Origin: Mariniflexile sp.
GTDB taxonomy: Bacteria; Bacteroidota; Bacteroidia; Flavobacteriales; Flavobacteriaceae
Assembly: GCF_041583155.1 (NCBI RefSeq)
Contig: NZ_JBFHGK010000010.1
Location: 33,216 to 97,215 of the forward strand
Direction: 5' to 3'
Length of the DNA stretch: 64,000 nt
Shown here in pieces: positions 26,299 to 36,399 of this stretch (its first letter is position 1; each line of letters begins with the position of its first letter). The translations under genes were made by a program, and so were the position numbers. The notes under the pieces were generated by a model that did not search any database, was not told the DNA's origin, and was given only the letters and a program-made list of their open reading frames with translations.

Positions 26299-27477
26299 AT
26301 GAAACCAGATTTGTTTGAAGCACCGGATTATTACAATCTTGACGAATTATTGTCCGATGAGCACAAATTAGTACGGGATGCCGCAAGGAGTTGGGTAAAA
26401 CGTGAGGTTTCACCTATTATTGAAGACTACGCTCAAAAAGCGGAATTTCCTAAACAAATTATTAATGGTTTAGCTGAAATTGGCGCTTTTGGACCTTACA
26501 TTCCTATTGAATATGGCGGAGCTGGATTAGACCAAATTAGCTACGGCCTAATTATGCAGGAAATTGAACGAGGCGATTCGGGCGTTCGTAGCACCGCTTC
26601 AGTACAATCCTCCTTAGTAATGTATCCTATTTGGAAATATGGGAATGAAGCACAGCGTCAAAAATATTTACCAAAATTGGCCACTGGCGAATGGATGGGT
26701 TGTTTTGGTTTAACCGAACCCGACCATGGTAGTAACCCAAGTGGTATGGTCACTCATTTTAAAGATATGGGAGACCACTATCTTTTAAATGGCGCTAAAA
26801 TGTGGATAAGCAACGCAACATTCGCACAAGTTGCTGTAGTATGGGCTAAAGATGAAGATAATCGTGTTCACGGCCTACTTGTGGAACGTGGTATGGAAGG
26901 CTTTACAACACCCGAAACGCACAACAAATGGTCGCTACGAGCCTCAGCTACTGGCGAACTTATATTTAACAATGTAAAAGTTCCTAAAGAAAACCTGTTA
27001 CCAAATAAATCTGGATTGGGTGCCGCATTAGGTTGTTTAGATTCCGCACGATATGGCATTGCTTGGGGAGCCATTGGTGCCGCCATGGATTGCTATGATA
27101 CCGCACTAAGATACAGTAAAGAACGTTTGCAATTCGGGAAACCAATTGGGCAATTTCAATTACAACAGAAAAAATTAGCCGAAATGATAACCGAAATTAC
27201 CAAAGCACAATTACTTACTTGGCGCCTTGGTGTTTTGCGAAATGAGAATAAAGCAACCTCTGCACAAATTTCTATGGCAAAACGCAATAATGTAGAAATG
27301 GCTATTACTATAGCCCGTGAAGCAAGACAAATATTAGGCGCGATGGGAATTACCGGCGATTATTCGATTATGCGACACGCTATGAACCTGGAAAGTGTTA
27401 TAACTTACGAAGGTACACACGACATTCATTTACTAATAACAGGCCTAGATATTACAGGGTTAAATGCATTTAAATAA
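26299..27477 (+). CDS. acyl-CoA dehydrogenase, glutaryl-CoA dehydrogenase-like
   Basis: 392 aa with the ACAD fold blocks (CFGLTEPDHGSNPSGM, ...YEGTHDIH...). The N-terminal pattern resembles GcdH. Confidence 0.8.
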   Translation: MKPDLFEAPDYYNLDELLSDEHKLVRDAARSWVKREVSPIIEDYAQKAEFPKQIINGLAEIGAFGPYIPIEYGGAGLDQISYGLIMQEIERGDSGVRSTASVQSSLVMYPIWKYGNEAQRQKYLPKLATGEWMGCFGLTEPDHGSNPSGMVTHFKDMGDHYLLNGAKMWISNATFAQVAVVWAKDEDNRVHGLLVERGMEGFTTPETHNKWSLRASATGELIFNNVKVPKENLLPNKSGLGAALGCLDSARYGIAWGAIGAAMDCYDTALRYSKERLQFGKPIGQFQLQQKKLAEMITEITKAQLLTWRLGVLRNENKATSAQISMAKRNNVEMAITIAREARQILGAMGITGDYSIMRHAMNLESVITYEGTHDIHLLITGLDITGLNAFK

Positions 27478-27606
27478 CCCTTAAAACTTTTAAACGCATA
27501 GTGAACCTATGATAAATGTCATCTTTATTGAAAAGTTTTGATATTAATTTTGGAAACGATATGCTTAAATAGGATATATAAATTTTTAAAGCACAATTGA
27601 TTTAAA

Positions 27607-30600
27607 ATGGAAAACAACATTAAAATGGGGAACGAAACAGGTAAACAAACTAGGAGAGATACTATTCAATTTATCAATCTACAATTGGCTTATTTAGGCC
27701 AACCAACGTTTAAAGATCGTGAAGATAGCAAAGAAAAATTTTGCGATCCAGAGTTTGAAAAAACTACAAGACCACTAATAATGAGTCTTAGAGAAAAATC
27801 GAGACTTCTAGGAAACCATCTTGCCCCCGCTGACTCAAGAATCCAAAATTTTATTGATGCTTATTTAAAAGATGTATCCATTGACAAACCATGCAAGTTA
27901 CCAAACAACACTTTAATTCTGTCTAAAAAAGGACAAGCTAGAGAAGCCAGTTTACCACCAGACGGCACCTCATTTAAAAGTGATTTAGTAACCTCTATCC
28001 GACTTAAACAAGGTATTTTAAACAATCCGTTACACGATAAACGAACCACAAAAGGAACCTTCCATATTGTTGAAGGCCCATTACCAGTTCCTTTTGATAA
28101 AAAGGAAGTGCCTAAAATAGTTTTTGCACACTTCCTACATGCTGCCTTTAATCCTTCCGAAGACTTAAAAACACTTCCGCTAACCTCAAACCAAGAAGAG
28201 AAAGAGCAGGCTAAAACCATAGTATCTATGCTCTTAAGACCAACGGTTTGCCCTGAAGTACCAGGCGTTATTGCTCAAAAATCAATGGAAGTTCGCTTTT
28301 TTGCTCCAGGCTCTCTAGTAAGTAACCTAGATTTTGTGGAAGCTATTTTTGGTAATGCTGGCGATCCTAATTTAGCTCATAACGATGCGGCATTGGATCC
28401 TGTACACTGGACAGGCCATACTGGCTGTATCGTTCTTGCACCACAATTATTAACGCTTAAAAAGAAAGACTTAGGCTTACCTCATTTTAACGATGCCACA
28501 GACCGCCAGAAAAAAGATGGTATGTGCTGGAACGATGAACATGAACTATATAATGACGGTAGCGCATTTAAAATTACATGTAGAGATGATAGCGGCGTTG
28601 TGGTAACGCTTATAGCAGACAACTATTACGGATACTCAAAAAAAGAGATAAAAACACAAATCAGTTATTCCGCAAACCTATTTGGTCTTGCTGAAGAAGA
28701 ACATGCTGGTGGCGCCATTGCCTATGCTAGGCGCGTAATGGGAGAAACTGTAAACTGTAGTGATTATGCTAAATATTACGGTTTAGACCATACTTTTGAA
28801 GATGTTAAAACTTTAATTGCCGATAGAATTGAAGTGAAACCGGAAAATTATGCAATAGATAAAAAATATCCGAATTTAATTTACATACCCGAATCCTCTT
28901 ATGTAAATACGGCTACGAATAGTATCTCATGGACATACAAAGGTGAAGAACAAAAATTAACCTTATCACCTTATAAAACATACATACACCCGTCTGGAAA
29001 CAAACTTAGGTTAGAAAAACATAAATCTATCAACTTATGGCGTATGGTTGAAACCTATCCTGAAGGTGTTTTTTGCCATAAACCTTGTACAGTTTCAGGA
29101 GGTGGTAAATCAGAGATTTCTAAATCTATGCAAAACGCCATCACATATAATGCGTTCAACATTCATGACATTGATGAAGATTTTAAGAAAGCTGACGAGA
29201 TTATTGAATACAACTATTCAACCAGATGGAAAATTAAAGATCCTAACAGACCCCCTTCTCGATCTTTCTTAAGCGAAAAAAGAACCTTAGGATCTGTTGT
29301 TAAATTACTAACCCCTAACGAAGAAAATTCGGATGAATTCAATGAATTTTTAAGAAGTATTCCCGTGCATGTACGTTCATTAGTCTTGTTTGTAAAACGT
29401 TTATTCAGGCAAGCACATGGCGCCAACCTAAATTGGAAAGACATGATGTCCGTAGAATTCATCAATGGCGTTAAGGGGACTTCATTAATATACAACCACA
29501 CGCCTGTTGTTGGTAGTTATGTTCGTATCGGATTCAATCAAGAAGGCAATTGGATGCTTAACAAATTACGTTCAGATTTTGCGGCTTGTGAAAAAATTCA
29601 AACGGAAGATGATATTACCGCATCAATCACATTACCGAAAAACCGATTTAAAAACTTAAACCCTGAATACACAAACCAAAGTGTAAAGGTACTGGTAAAT
29701 TGTGAAGCACATTTATTCCAAAGACCAGATGAAGCAATCGTTAGAGGTTATGATAAGCTTGCGGAATTGGACATTGTTTCAGATGGAAGGTTCCTTACAA
29801 ATTATGAAATGTTAACCAAAAAAGATGCCATTGCAATTTATGAAGACACTATAAATTACGATAAGTATACTCAACCGGTTAAAGATTTTATAAAGGAAAT
29901 AGTAGACTCTAAGGAAGAAGACGTACAATTCGTTTTACCTTCTCACCCTAGAATTGTAGATGGCGAGCCTACTAAAAACCCTCGCTACTTAGAACCTAAT
30001 AAATTTTATGAAGAAACGGAAGCATCGTACATCTCCGATATAGGGGTTCGATTGCGTCGAAGAATTAAAGCTGATGACCCAGTAATTCATACAGTAAATG
30101 CGGTGTTACCAGGAAGAAGAAACAATCCAGCAGACAGAGCAGCTGGCATCAGACCATTAGCGGTATATAACCCAATTCATTACCAAGAAACACCCGAATT
30201 GTTTATGGACTTTATTTGTAGTTTAACTGGTAAATCGCCATCAACTACAGGAGCTGGTTCTGAAGGAGCCTTAACAAAAGCACCATTTAATATGTTAACC
30301 CCCACAACAGATTTAAATAATGCATTATTATCACATATTTTAACAGAGTCTAATGGATTTAGTACTGCAGCCGGTTATGTTGGAGGAGAAAACAAGGTAG
30401 ATCATGATATTAGTTTATTAATTCCGGAAATTTGGGCACGTATGGCTCCTGAAGATCGCGATCCTAAAAAGCTAATTGAAAATCGTTGTTTAGAAAAAAT
30501 TGAAGATTTTGAGCACGAAGGTAAAACCATTTTAGCAAGCCGTTTAGGGTACAGAATTACAAAACGTTTTTCTTTAAGATGTTTAAATCGATTGTTTGAT

Positions 30601-31095
30601 GAACCAACTGCTGTATTTAACGAACGTATGTTGAAACCAGAATTGCAAGGATTGGAGGATTATGTAGATGGAATCAATAATATTATTGAAGCACAAGAAA
30701 AAGTAGCTATACGTTATTTTGAAGAAGGCAGCATTGAAGCAACCATACCGCCACTTAAAATTCTACTTCATGTGATGGCTTATGGCCATTATGAAGGAAA
30801 AAGTATTAGCGACCCAGAATTAAGAAAGTATTTTGATAGAGACTATGTAATAAATAGCGATTGGTACAAAGAACGATTAAAACTCAAACAACAAAAAGAC
30901 ATTCGTTCTTACGAATCTCAAATAGCGTATTTGAAAGCATTTATTAACAACCCAAATAATGAAGTTTTAGTTTCGGATATGAAAATTACAGACCGTTTAC
31001 AAGCTGTTGAAGAACTTTATGCTGAAGCAAAATCTGAAGCCTATCTAGATAGTTTAGTCGGCACCATTGGTGTAGACCCCTTATTTAGAAAATAA
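27607..31095 (+). CDS. large conserved protein, tentatively a PPi-type phosphoenolpyruvate carboxykinase (PEPCK-fold)
   Basis: 1162 aa and cytoplasmic-looking. The segment YYGYSKKEIKTQISYSANLFGLAEEEHAGG has a KK-x19-H spacing identical to the metal-site K244/H264 spacing of GTP-PEPCK ([29 protein letters not shown], from memory). A P-loop-like VSGGGKSE lies further on. The size matches the ~130 kDa PPi-PEPCK family. No search was run. Confidence 0.45.
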   Translation: MENNIKMGNETGKQTRRDTIQFINLQLAYLGQPTFKDREDSKEKFCDPEFEKTTRPLIMSLREKSRLLGNHLAPADSRIQNFIDAYLKDVSIDKPCKLPNNTLILSKKGQAREASLPPDGTSFKSDLVTSIRLKQGILNNPLHDKRTTKGTFHIVEGPLPVPFDKKEVPKIVFAHFLHAAFNPSEDLKTLPLTSNQEEKEQAKTIVSMLLRPTVCPEVPGVIAQKSMEVRFFAPGSLVSNLDFVEAIFGNAGDPNLAHNDAALDPVHWTGHTGCIVLAPQLLTLKKKDLGLPHFNDATDRQKKDGMCWNDEHELYNDGSAFKITCRDDSGVVVTLIADNYYGYSKKEIKTQISYSANLFGLAEEEHAGGAIAYARRVMGETVNCSDYAKYYGLDHTFEDVKTLIADRIEVKPENYAIDKKYPNLIYIPESSYVNTATNSISWTYKGEEQKLTLSPYKTYIHPSGNKLRLEKHKSINLWRMVETYPEGVFCHKPCTVSGGGKSEISKSMQNAITYNAFNIHDIDEDFKKADEIIEYNYSTRWKIKDPNRPPSRSFLSEKRTLGSVVKLLTPNEENSDEFNEFLRSIPVHVRSLVLFVKRLFRQAHGANLNWKDMMSVEFINGVKGTSLIYNHTPVVGSYVRIGFNQEGNWMLNKLRSDFAACEKIQTEDDITASITLPKNRFKNLNPEYTNQSVKVLVNCEAHLFQRPDEAIVRGYDKLAELDIVSDGRFLTNYEMLTKKDAIAIYEDTINYDKYTQPVKDFIKEIVDSKEEDVQFVLPSHPRIVDGEPTKNPRYLEPNKFYEETEASYISDIGVRLRRRIKADDPVIHTVNAVLPGRRNNPADRAAGIRPLAVYNPIHYQETPELFMDFICSLTGKSPSTTGAGSEGALTKAPFNMLTPTTDLNNALLSHILTESNGFSTAAGYVGGENKVDHDISLLIPEIWARMAPEDRDPKKLIENRCLEKIEDFEHEGKTILASRLGYRITKRFSLRCLNRLFDEPTAVFNERMLKPELQGLEDYVDGINNIIEAQEKVAIRYFEEGSIEATIPPLKILLHVMAYGHYEGKSISDPELRKYFDRDYVINSDWYKERLKLKQQKDIRSYESQIAYLKAFINNPNNEVLVSDMKITDRLQAVEELYAEAKSEAYLDSLVGTIGVDPLFRK

Positions 31096-31132
31096 ATTAC
31101 AAAGTGTAAACTTTTTTTTATTATTTTAAAAA

Positions 31133-31158
31133 AGCGTTCCTAATAGGGGCGCTTTTTT
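31133..31158 (+). terminator. rho-independent terminator after 27607..31095
   Basis: AGCGTTCC-TAATA-GGGGCGCT is an 8-bp stem including two G.U pairs, followed by a T6 run. Confidence 0.6.
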
Positions 31159-31173
31159 AGTTAAATTTACTTC

Positions 31174-32073
31174 ATGCTTACAGCCAAAAAAAGATTAGAT
31201 AACGCTTATAAAAAAGCTAAAATCATCCCTTTTGATGATAATAGTAAATTTATTTTATTCAGTGATTGCCATAGAGGAGATAACAGTTTTGCTGATGATT
31301 TTGCCAACAATCGAAACATTTATTTTCATGCCCTTAAGCACTACTATGCTGAAGGTTTCCAGTATGTTGAAATTGGCGATGGCGATGAACTCTGGGAAAA
31401 CTTGTCTTTTAGACCTGTTTTTGAAGCCCATAAAAATGTGTTCATACTGATGCAACAATTTCACAAAGAAAAAAGTTTGCACATGATTTGGGGAAACCAC
31501 GACATGGTTTACCGAAACCCTAATTATGTAAAAAAACACCTCTCAACTTATTTTGATAAAACTCTGGGAATAGATGTTGACTTATTTCCAGGAATTGAGT
31601 ACCACGAAGGCATTGTTTTAAAACATAAAGAAACTAAACAAGAACTCTTTTTAACCCACGGACATCAGGCAGACTGGTGGAATTATCTGTTTTGGAAATG
31701 GAGTCGTTTTATGGTTCGTATTTTATGGAAACCACTGAATGTTATGGGTATTGCCGACCCAACAAGTCCGGCTAAAAACTATAGCGAACTTATTAAAGTA
31801 GAACGCAGAACCAAAAAATGGATAATTGAAAACAACAATTTAATTACAATTGTTGGACATACACACCGACCCCGATTTCCTGAACCTGGTGATATAGCTT
31901 TTTTTAATGATGGAAGCTGTGTACACCCAAGAAGTATAACAGGGATTGAAATTGAAAACGGACAAATTTCACTCATTAAATGGTATATAGACACAAATGA
32001 TGATGGTGTACTTCAAATAGTTAGAGTATTACTTGAAGGCCCAAGAAAATTAATTGAATATAAAAGGACCTGA
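31174..32073 (+). CDS. metallophosphoesterase (calcineurin-like)
   Basis: 299 aa with the motifs SDCHRGD, GDGDELWEN, GNHD, GHQAD and GHTH in canonical order. Confidence 0.85.
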   Translation: MLTAKKRLDNAYKKAKIIPFDDNSKFILFSDCHRGDNSFADDFANNRNIYFHALKHYYAEGFQYVEIGDGDELWENLSFRPVFEAHKNVFILMQQFHKEKSLHMIWGNHDMVYRNPNYVKKHLSTYFDKTLGIDVDLFPGIEYHEGIVLKHKETKQELFLTHGHQADWWNYLFWKWSRFMVRILWKPLNVMGIADPTSPAKNYSELIKVERRTKKWIIENNNLITIVGHTHRPRFPEPGDIAFFNDGSCVHPRSITGIEIENGQISLIKWYIDTNDDGVLQIVRVLLEGPRKLIEYKRT

Positions 32074-32095
32074 CTTTTTAAATAGTAATCCACAA

Positions 32096-32890
32096 ATGAT
32101 TCAGAAAAGATACGAAGGATTTTTAAAAACTCCCTACTTATGGAAAGGCAATACTGTATATGATTTACATCAATTAGAAATTAGTACAGAAATTCACAAA
32201 ATAAATATAGATATAGATGAAAAACTACGCTTAGGAAAATATGTAGAACGCCTTGTCACTATCGAACTTGAATCTCATAAAAACATTTCATTTATTGCTG
32301 AAAATATTCAAATCCAAGATAATAAAACCACTTTAGGTGAATTAGATTGTTTGCTTTTAATAGATGGAGAACCCGTTCATTTAGAAATTATTTTCAAGTT
32401 TTATTTATATGATCCTTCTGTTGGCACTACAGAAATTGAACATTTTATAGGGCCTAACCGAAAAGATTCTTTAAAAGAAAAACTAACGAAATTAAAAAAC
32501 AAGCAGCTCCCTCTTTTATATCATCCCATCACCGAAAAATATTTAACACAATTTAAATTAAACCGAAATCAAATTAGGCAACAGGTTTATTTTAAAGCGC
32601 AATTATTCGTTCCTTTTGATAACCAAAAAATTAAGCTAAAAACTTTAAATAATGATTGCATTATTGGATTTTATATAAATGAGACACAACTTCAACAATT
32701 TGAAAATTGTAAATTTTATATTCCAAACAAAAAGGAGTGGTTAGTTGTACCACATCAAAATGTAAATTGGATTTTATTTGATGCTTTTGTAAAGAAGGCA
32801 AAACTCTATTTTGAGCAACAATTTTCGCCCTTATGCTGGATAAAATTTAAGAATGGGGAATTAAAAAAAGCGTTTCTAATTTGGTGGTAA
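32096..32890 (+). CDS. DUF1853 family protein (PD-(D/E)XK nuclease-like fold)
   Basis: The track ORF begins at a TTG at 32054 inside the upstream gene. The first ATG is at 32096 (MIQKRYEGF..). The core GELDCLLL..GEPVHLEIIFKFYLYD matches the DUF1853 signature as I remember it. Confidence 0.6.
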   Translation: MIQKRYEGFLKTPYLWKGNTVYDLHQLEISTEIHKINIDIDEKLRLGKYVERLVTIELESHKNISFIAENIQIQDNKTTLGELDCLLLIDGEPVHLEIIFKFYLYDPSVGTTEIEHFIGPNRKDSLKEKLTKLKNKQLPLLYHPITEKYLTQFKLNRNQIRQQVYFKAQLFVPFDNQKIKLKTLNNDCIIGFYINETQLQQFENCKFYIPNKKEWLVVPHQNVNWILFDAFVKKAKLYFEQQFSPLCWIKFKNGELKKAFLIWW

Positions 32891-33047
32891 GTCTTAAGTT
32901 ATAGTTTTTATAAGAGAGAATAGTTAAACTCTCAATTATAAGTATAGATAAAAATACATAGCAAAGCCTAACTATAAGGGTTAGGCTTAATTAATATTAA
33001 ATAAGACGTGCTTAGTAAACTAAAGCACTATTATAAAATCGCAATGA

Positions 33048-33377
33048 TTAACATTCAGGGGCCAACTGAACTTCAAGTCCATTCATATCTGGCGTCATTT
33101 GTATTTGACAACCCAAACGGCTATTTCCACGAACATCAAAAGCTTCAGAAAGCATTGCTTCTTCATCGTCAGTCATTTCTGGTAATGATGTATCACTTAA
33201 AACATAACATTGGCATGATGCACACATGGCCATACCCCCACAAACGCCAATGGTTCCCTCAGGAGCTAACTCATAAGATCGTACCACTTCCATTAAGTTC
33301 ATCGCCATATCTGTAGGCGCCAATACTTCGTGTTTTTTACCGTCTCTATCCGTGATATTTATTGTGATGTTTTCCAT
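33048..33377 (-). CDS. 2Fe-2S ferredoxin (adrenodoxin/putidaredoxin type)
   Basis: 109 aa with the Cys pattern CGG.A.CASC.....(30 aa).LGCQ typical of vertebrate-type [2Fe-2S] ferredoxins. Confidence 0.85.
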   Translation of the reverse strand: MENITINITDRDGKKHEVLAPTDMAMNLMEVVRSYELAPEGTIGVCGGMAMCASCQCYVLSDTSLPEMTDDEEAMLSEAFDVRGNSRLGCQIQMTPDMNGLEVQLAPEC

Positions 33378-33750
33378 GTCTTTAAAACTAAATAATTAAT
33401 ACGTTGTGCCAAACTTTAAGATTATCTAAAATCTCAAAGAAAAGTTCGGCAAAAATAAAATTAAATTTATAAATACCAAACCTATTTCCTATAAATCTAA
33501 TAGGTTTAATAGGAATAATATAAATTTCACACTTAAAGCCCTGTTATTATAACGATTAACAAATTTAAATTTACAAAAAATCTTAATATGTCAATGCATT
33601 TTTGGCTCTATATGATATACATAACAACTTTTAGGCCATAAATTAAGCAGCTGTAGCTGTAAATTATAGCATTTCCTGACATTAATCATATATTACCCTG
33701 AATGTAAGCACTAATTTAACGCTCTCAATTTAATTAACTTAAGGCGTAAA

Positions 33751-34179
33751 GTGAGTACACAATTATCGAATAAAAACGCATTTATTCATTCTGGTATTGT
33801 ATCTAAAATATCAGATGATTCTGTTTTTGTTTCAATTAAACAAAGTGTGCATTGTGAGTCGTGTCGTGCCAAAGCATCTTGCGGAATTTCAGAATCTAAC
33901 ACAAAGGAAGTTGAAATCTTGAACTCCTGTGAATCGCTAAAACTTAATGAGAGTGTTCAATTAGTTCTAAAAAAATCTTTGGGTTTAAAAGCGGTGTTTT
34001 GGGCTTATGTTTTTCCTTTTATTCTGATGTTTTCAACCTTAATTATAGCATCGGCTTTTTTTAAGGAATGGGTAGCCGGAATATTGTCTCTTTTCGTTTT
34101 ATTGCCTTATTATTTAATGCTTTATTTCTTTAAAAACACTTTTAAAAGTGCTTTTAATATTTCAATACTAAAAACATAA
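33751..34179 (+). CDS. rseC: RseC/MucC family (SoxR-reducing system) membrane protein
   Basis: 142 aa with a GTG start. The N-terminus G.V..I.DDSVFVSIKQSVHCESC.AK.SCG is followed by two TM helices. It sits directly upstream of rnfB. Confidence 0.75.
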   Translation: MSTQLSNKNAFIHSGIVSKISDDSVFVSIKQSVHCESCRAKASCGISESNTKEVEILNSCESLKLNESVQLVLKKSLGLKAVFWAYVFPFILMFSTLIIASAFFKEWVAGILSLFVLLPYYLMLYFFKNTFKSAFNISILKT

Positions 34180-34185
34180 ATAGGT

Positions 34186-35076
34186 ATGTCTGAATCTGTT
34201 TTATATAGTGTTTTTTTACTCGCTTCTTTAGGGTTGATAGCAGCCATAGTGCTGTATGTCGTTTCCAAGAAGTTTTATGTTTATGAAGACCCATTAATAG
34301 GTGAGGTTGAAGATATTCTGCCTGCTGCCAATTGTGGTGGATGTGGTTCTCCTGGATGTAAATCTTTTGCAGAAAAATTGGTTAACACTGAAGATATTTC
34401 CGATCTTTTTTGTCCTGTTGGTGGAAATGATGTTATGAAACTTGTTGCCGAAGTTTTAGGCAAGCAAGTAGCCGAAAAAGACCCAACATTAGCCGTAGTA
34501 CGATGCCAAGGGGCATGTGATGTACGCCCAAAAACAACCGAATATCAAGGCCCAAGAAATTGTGCTATTTCCGCTATGATTTATAGTGGCGAAACCGATT
34601 GCCAATACGGATGCTTGGGCGATGGCGATTGTGTAGCAGTTTGTAAGTTCGATGCCATGTACATGGATGAAACTACTGGATTGCCAGTGATTATTACTGA
34701 TAAATGTACTTCGTGTGGTGCTTGCGTTGAAGCATGTCCTCGAGATATTATTGAAATGCGCCCACGGAATAAGCGCGATTTAAAAGTGTACGTTGGCTGT
34801 TTAAACCAGGATAAAGCAGGAATTGCAAAAAAAGCATGTGATGTTGCTTGTATAGGTTGCTCCAAATGTGAAGATATATGCCCAAAAGATGCCGTTATTA
34901 TGGTTAACAATTTAGCATATATAGACCCTGTGGCTTGTACATTATGTAGAAAATGTGTTGAAGTATGCCCCACTCATTCTATTATAGAAACCAATTTTCC
35001 TCCGAAAAAAGTAAAAAAAGAGGAACCTAAAGTTGAAGCAAATGTTGAAACTGAAAAATTAAAAACCGATGCTTAA
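34186..35076 (+). CDS. rnfB: Rnf electron transport complex subunit B
   Basis: 296 aa. It has an N-terminal TM helix, the CGGCG.PGC motif, and several CxxCxxCxxxCP 4Fe-4S motifs. Confidence 0.9.
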   Translation: MSESVLYSVFLLASLGLIAAIVLYVVSKKFYVYEDPLIGEVEDILPAANCGGCGSPGCKSFAEKLVNTEDISDLFCPVGGNDVMKLVAEVLGKQVAEKDPTLAVVRCQGACDVRPKTTEYQGPRNCAISAMIYSGETDCQYGCLGDGDCVAVCKFDAMYMDETTGLPVIITDKCTSCGACVEACPRDIIEMRPRNKRDLKVYVGCLNQDKAGIAKKACDVACIGCSKCEDICPKDAVIMVNNLAYIDPVACTLCRKCVEVCPTHSIIETNFPPKKVKKEEPKVEANVETEKLKTDA

Positions 35077-36397
35077 AACATTTCATAAAGGCGGAATTCA
35101 CCCACCAGAAAACAAGATAACAGCATCAAAAGGTATTAAGAGAATGGCTGCCCCTACTATGGTATATGTGCCAATATCTCAACATATCGGTATTCCCGCA
35201 GAAATTGTTGTTGCTGTAAAAGACAAAGTTGAAATCGGTCAGGTTATTGCTAAATCTGGCGGCTTTGTGTCTTCCAATGTCCATTCACCAGTAGCTGGTA
35301 CTGTTACAAAATTAGACCTAATCATTGATACGAGTGGTTACAAAAAACAATGTATTATTATTAGGACTGATACCAAAAACGAATCAAACAGTATCGTGCC
35401 AGAATATCCTTTAATAAAAGAAATTACTGCTGAACCAAAAGATATTTTAAAACGTATTAACGACAATGGTATTGTTGGTTTAGGCGGTGCAACATTTCCT
35501 TCTCATGTAAAATTAAATGTTAAAGAAGGTACCGTTTTGGACCATCTTATAATTAACGGTGTTGAATGCGAACCCTATTTAACAGCCGATCACCGTTTAA
35601 TGCTGGAGAAGGCTGAAGAAATTGTTGTTGGTATCGAAATATTAATGCACGCTTTACATATAAACAAAGCCGTAATTGGAATTGAAAACAATAAAAAAGA
35701 TGCCATTGACCTCTTTAAAAATCTCACCCAAAACAACGATAAAATTAAAGTAGCTGCTTTACAAGTAAAATATCCGCAAGGTGGTGAAAAACAGCTTGTT
35801 CAAGCCATTTTAAATAGAGAAGTACCTAAGAACGGGTTGCCTCTAGATGTTGGCGTTATTGTTCATAATGTTGGTACCATTTTCGCTATTTATCAAGCCA
35901 TACAGCATAACGTCCCATTAACAGAGCGTGTTGTTACTGTTACAGGTAAAAAACTTGAAAACGCATCCAATTACTGGGTAAAAATAGGCACCCCTATTTC
36001 CGATTTAGTAAAAGAAGTTGGAGGTTTACCTGAAGGAACACGTAAAATTGTTAATGGTGGTCCTATGATGGGAAAAGCTATTAAAAACATGGATGTACCT
36101 GTCACCAAAGGAACTTCTGGCATTTTAGTTATCTCTGAAGAAGAAGCCAGTAGAGGTGAACAGAAAAATTGTATACGCTGTGGCGAATGTGTTGATGTTT
36201 GCCCTATGGGTTTAGAGCCACATCTTTTAATGAATTTATCAGAAAAAGGGCTGTTTGAAAAAGCCTCCGATGAAGATGTTATGACCTGTATTGAATGCGG
36301 CTCTTGTAGTTATGTATGCCCATCTCATCGCCCATTATTAGATTATATCAGGTTTGGAAAAAGCATTGTCAAAAAATTAAATACTGCAAAAAACTAA
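35069..36397 (+). CDS. rnfC: Rnf electron transport complex subunit C
   Basis: 442 aa with GIVGLGGATFP, the NGVECEPYLT motif and C-terminal 2x[4Fe-4S] motifs (CIRCGECVDVCP, CIECGSCSYVCP). Confidence 0.92.
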   Translation: MLKTFHKGGIHPPENKITASKGIKRMAAPTMVYVPISQHIGIPAEIVVAVKDKVEIGQVIAKSGGFVSSNVHSPVAGTVTKLDLIIDTSGYKKQCIIIRTDTKNESNSIVPEYPLIKEITAEPKDILKRINDNGIVGLGGATFPSHVKLNVKEGTVLDHLIINGVECEPYLTADHRLMLEKAEEIVVGIEILMHALHINKAVIGIENNKKDAIDLFKNLTQNNDKIKVAALQVKYPQGGEKQLVQAILNREVPKNGLPLDVGVIVHNVGTIFAIYQAIQHNVPLTERVVTVTGKKLENASNYWVKIGTPISDLVKEVGGLPEGTRKIVNGGPMMGKAIKNMDVPVTKGTSGILVISEEEASRGEQKNCIRCGECVDVCPMGLEPHLLMNLSEKGLFEKASDEDVMTCIECGSCSYVCPSHRPLLDYIRFGKSIVKKLNTAKN

Positions 36398-36399
36398 TC

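Noticed and set aside
33008-33316. 102-aa plus-strand ORF opposite the ferredoxin gene.
   Set aside because: The minus-strand frame has the full 2Fe-2S cysteine signature and sensible composition. The plus frame has none.
33396-33411. TGGCAC on the minus strand about 30 nt upstream of the 2Fe-2S ferredoxin ATG.
   Set aside because: The -12 position reads ATTAA instead of TTGC/TTGT, and no upstream palindromes were seen. It is probably a chance hexamer.
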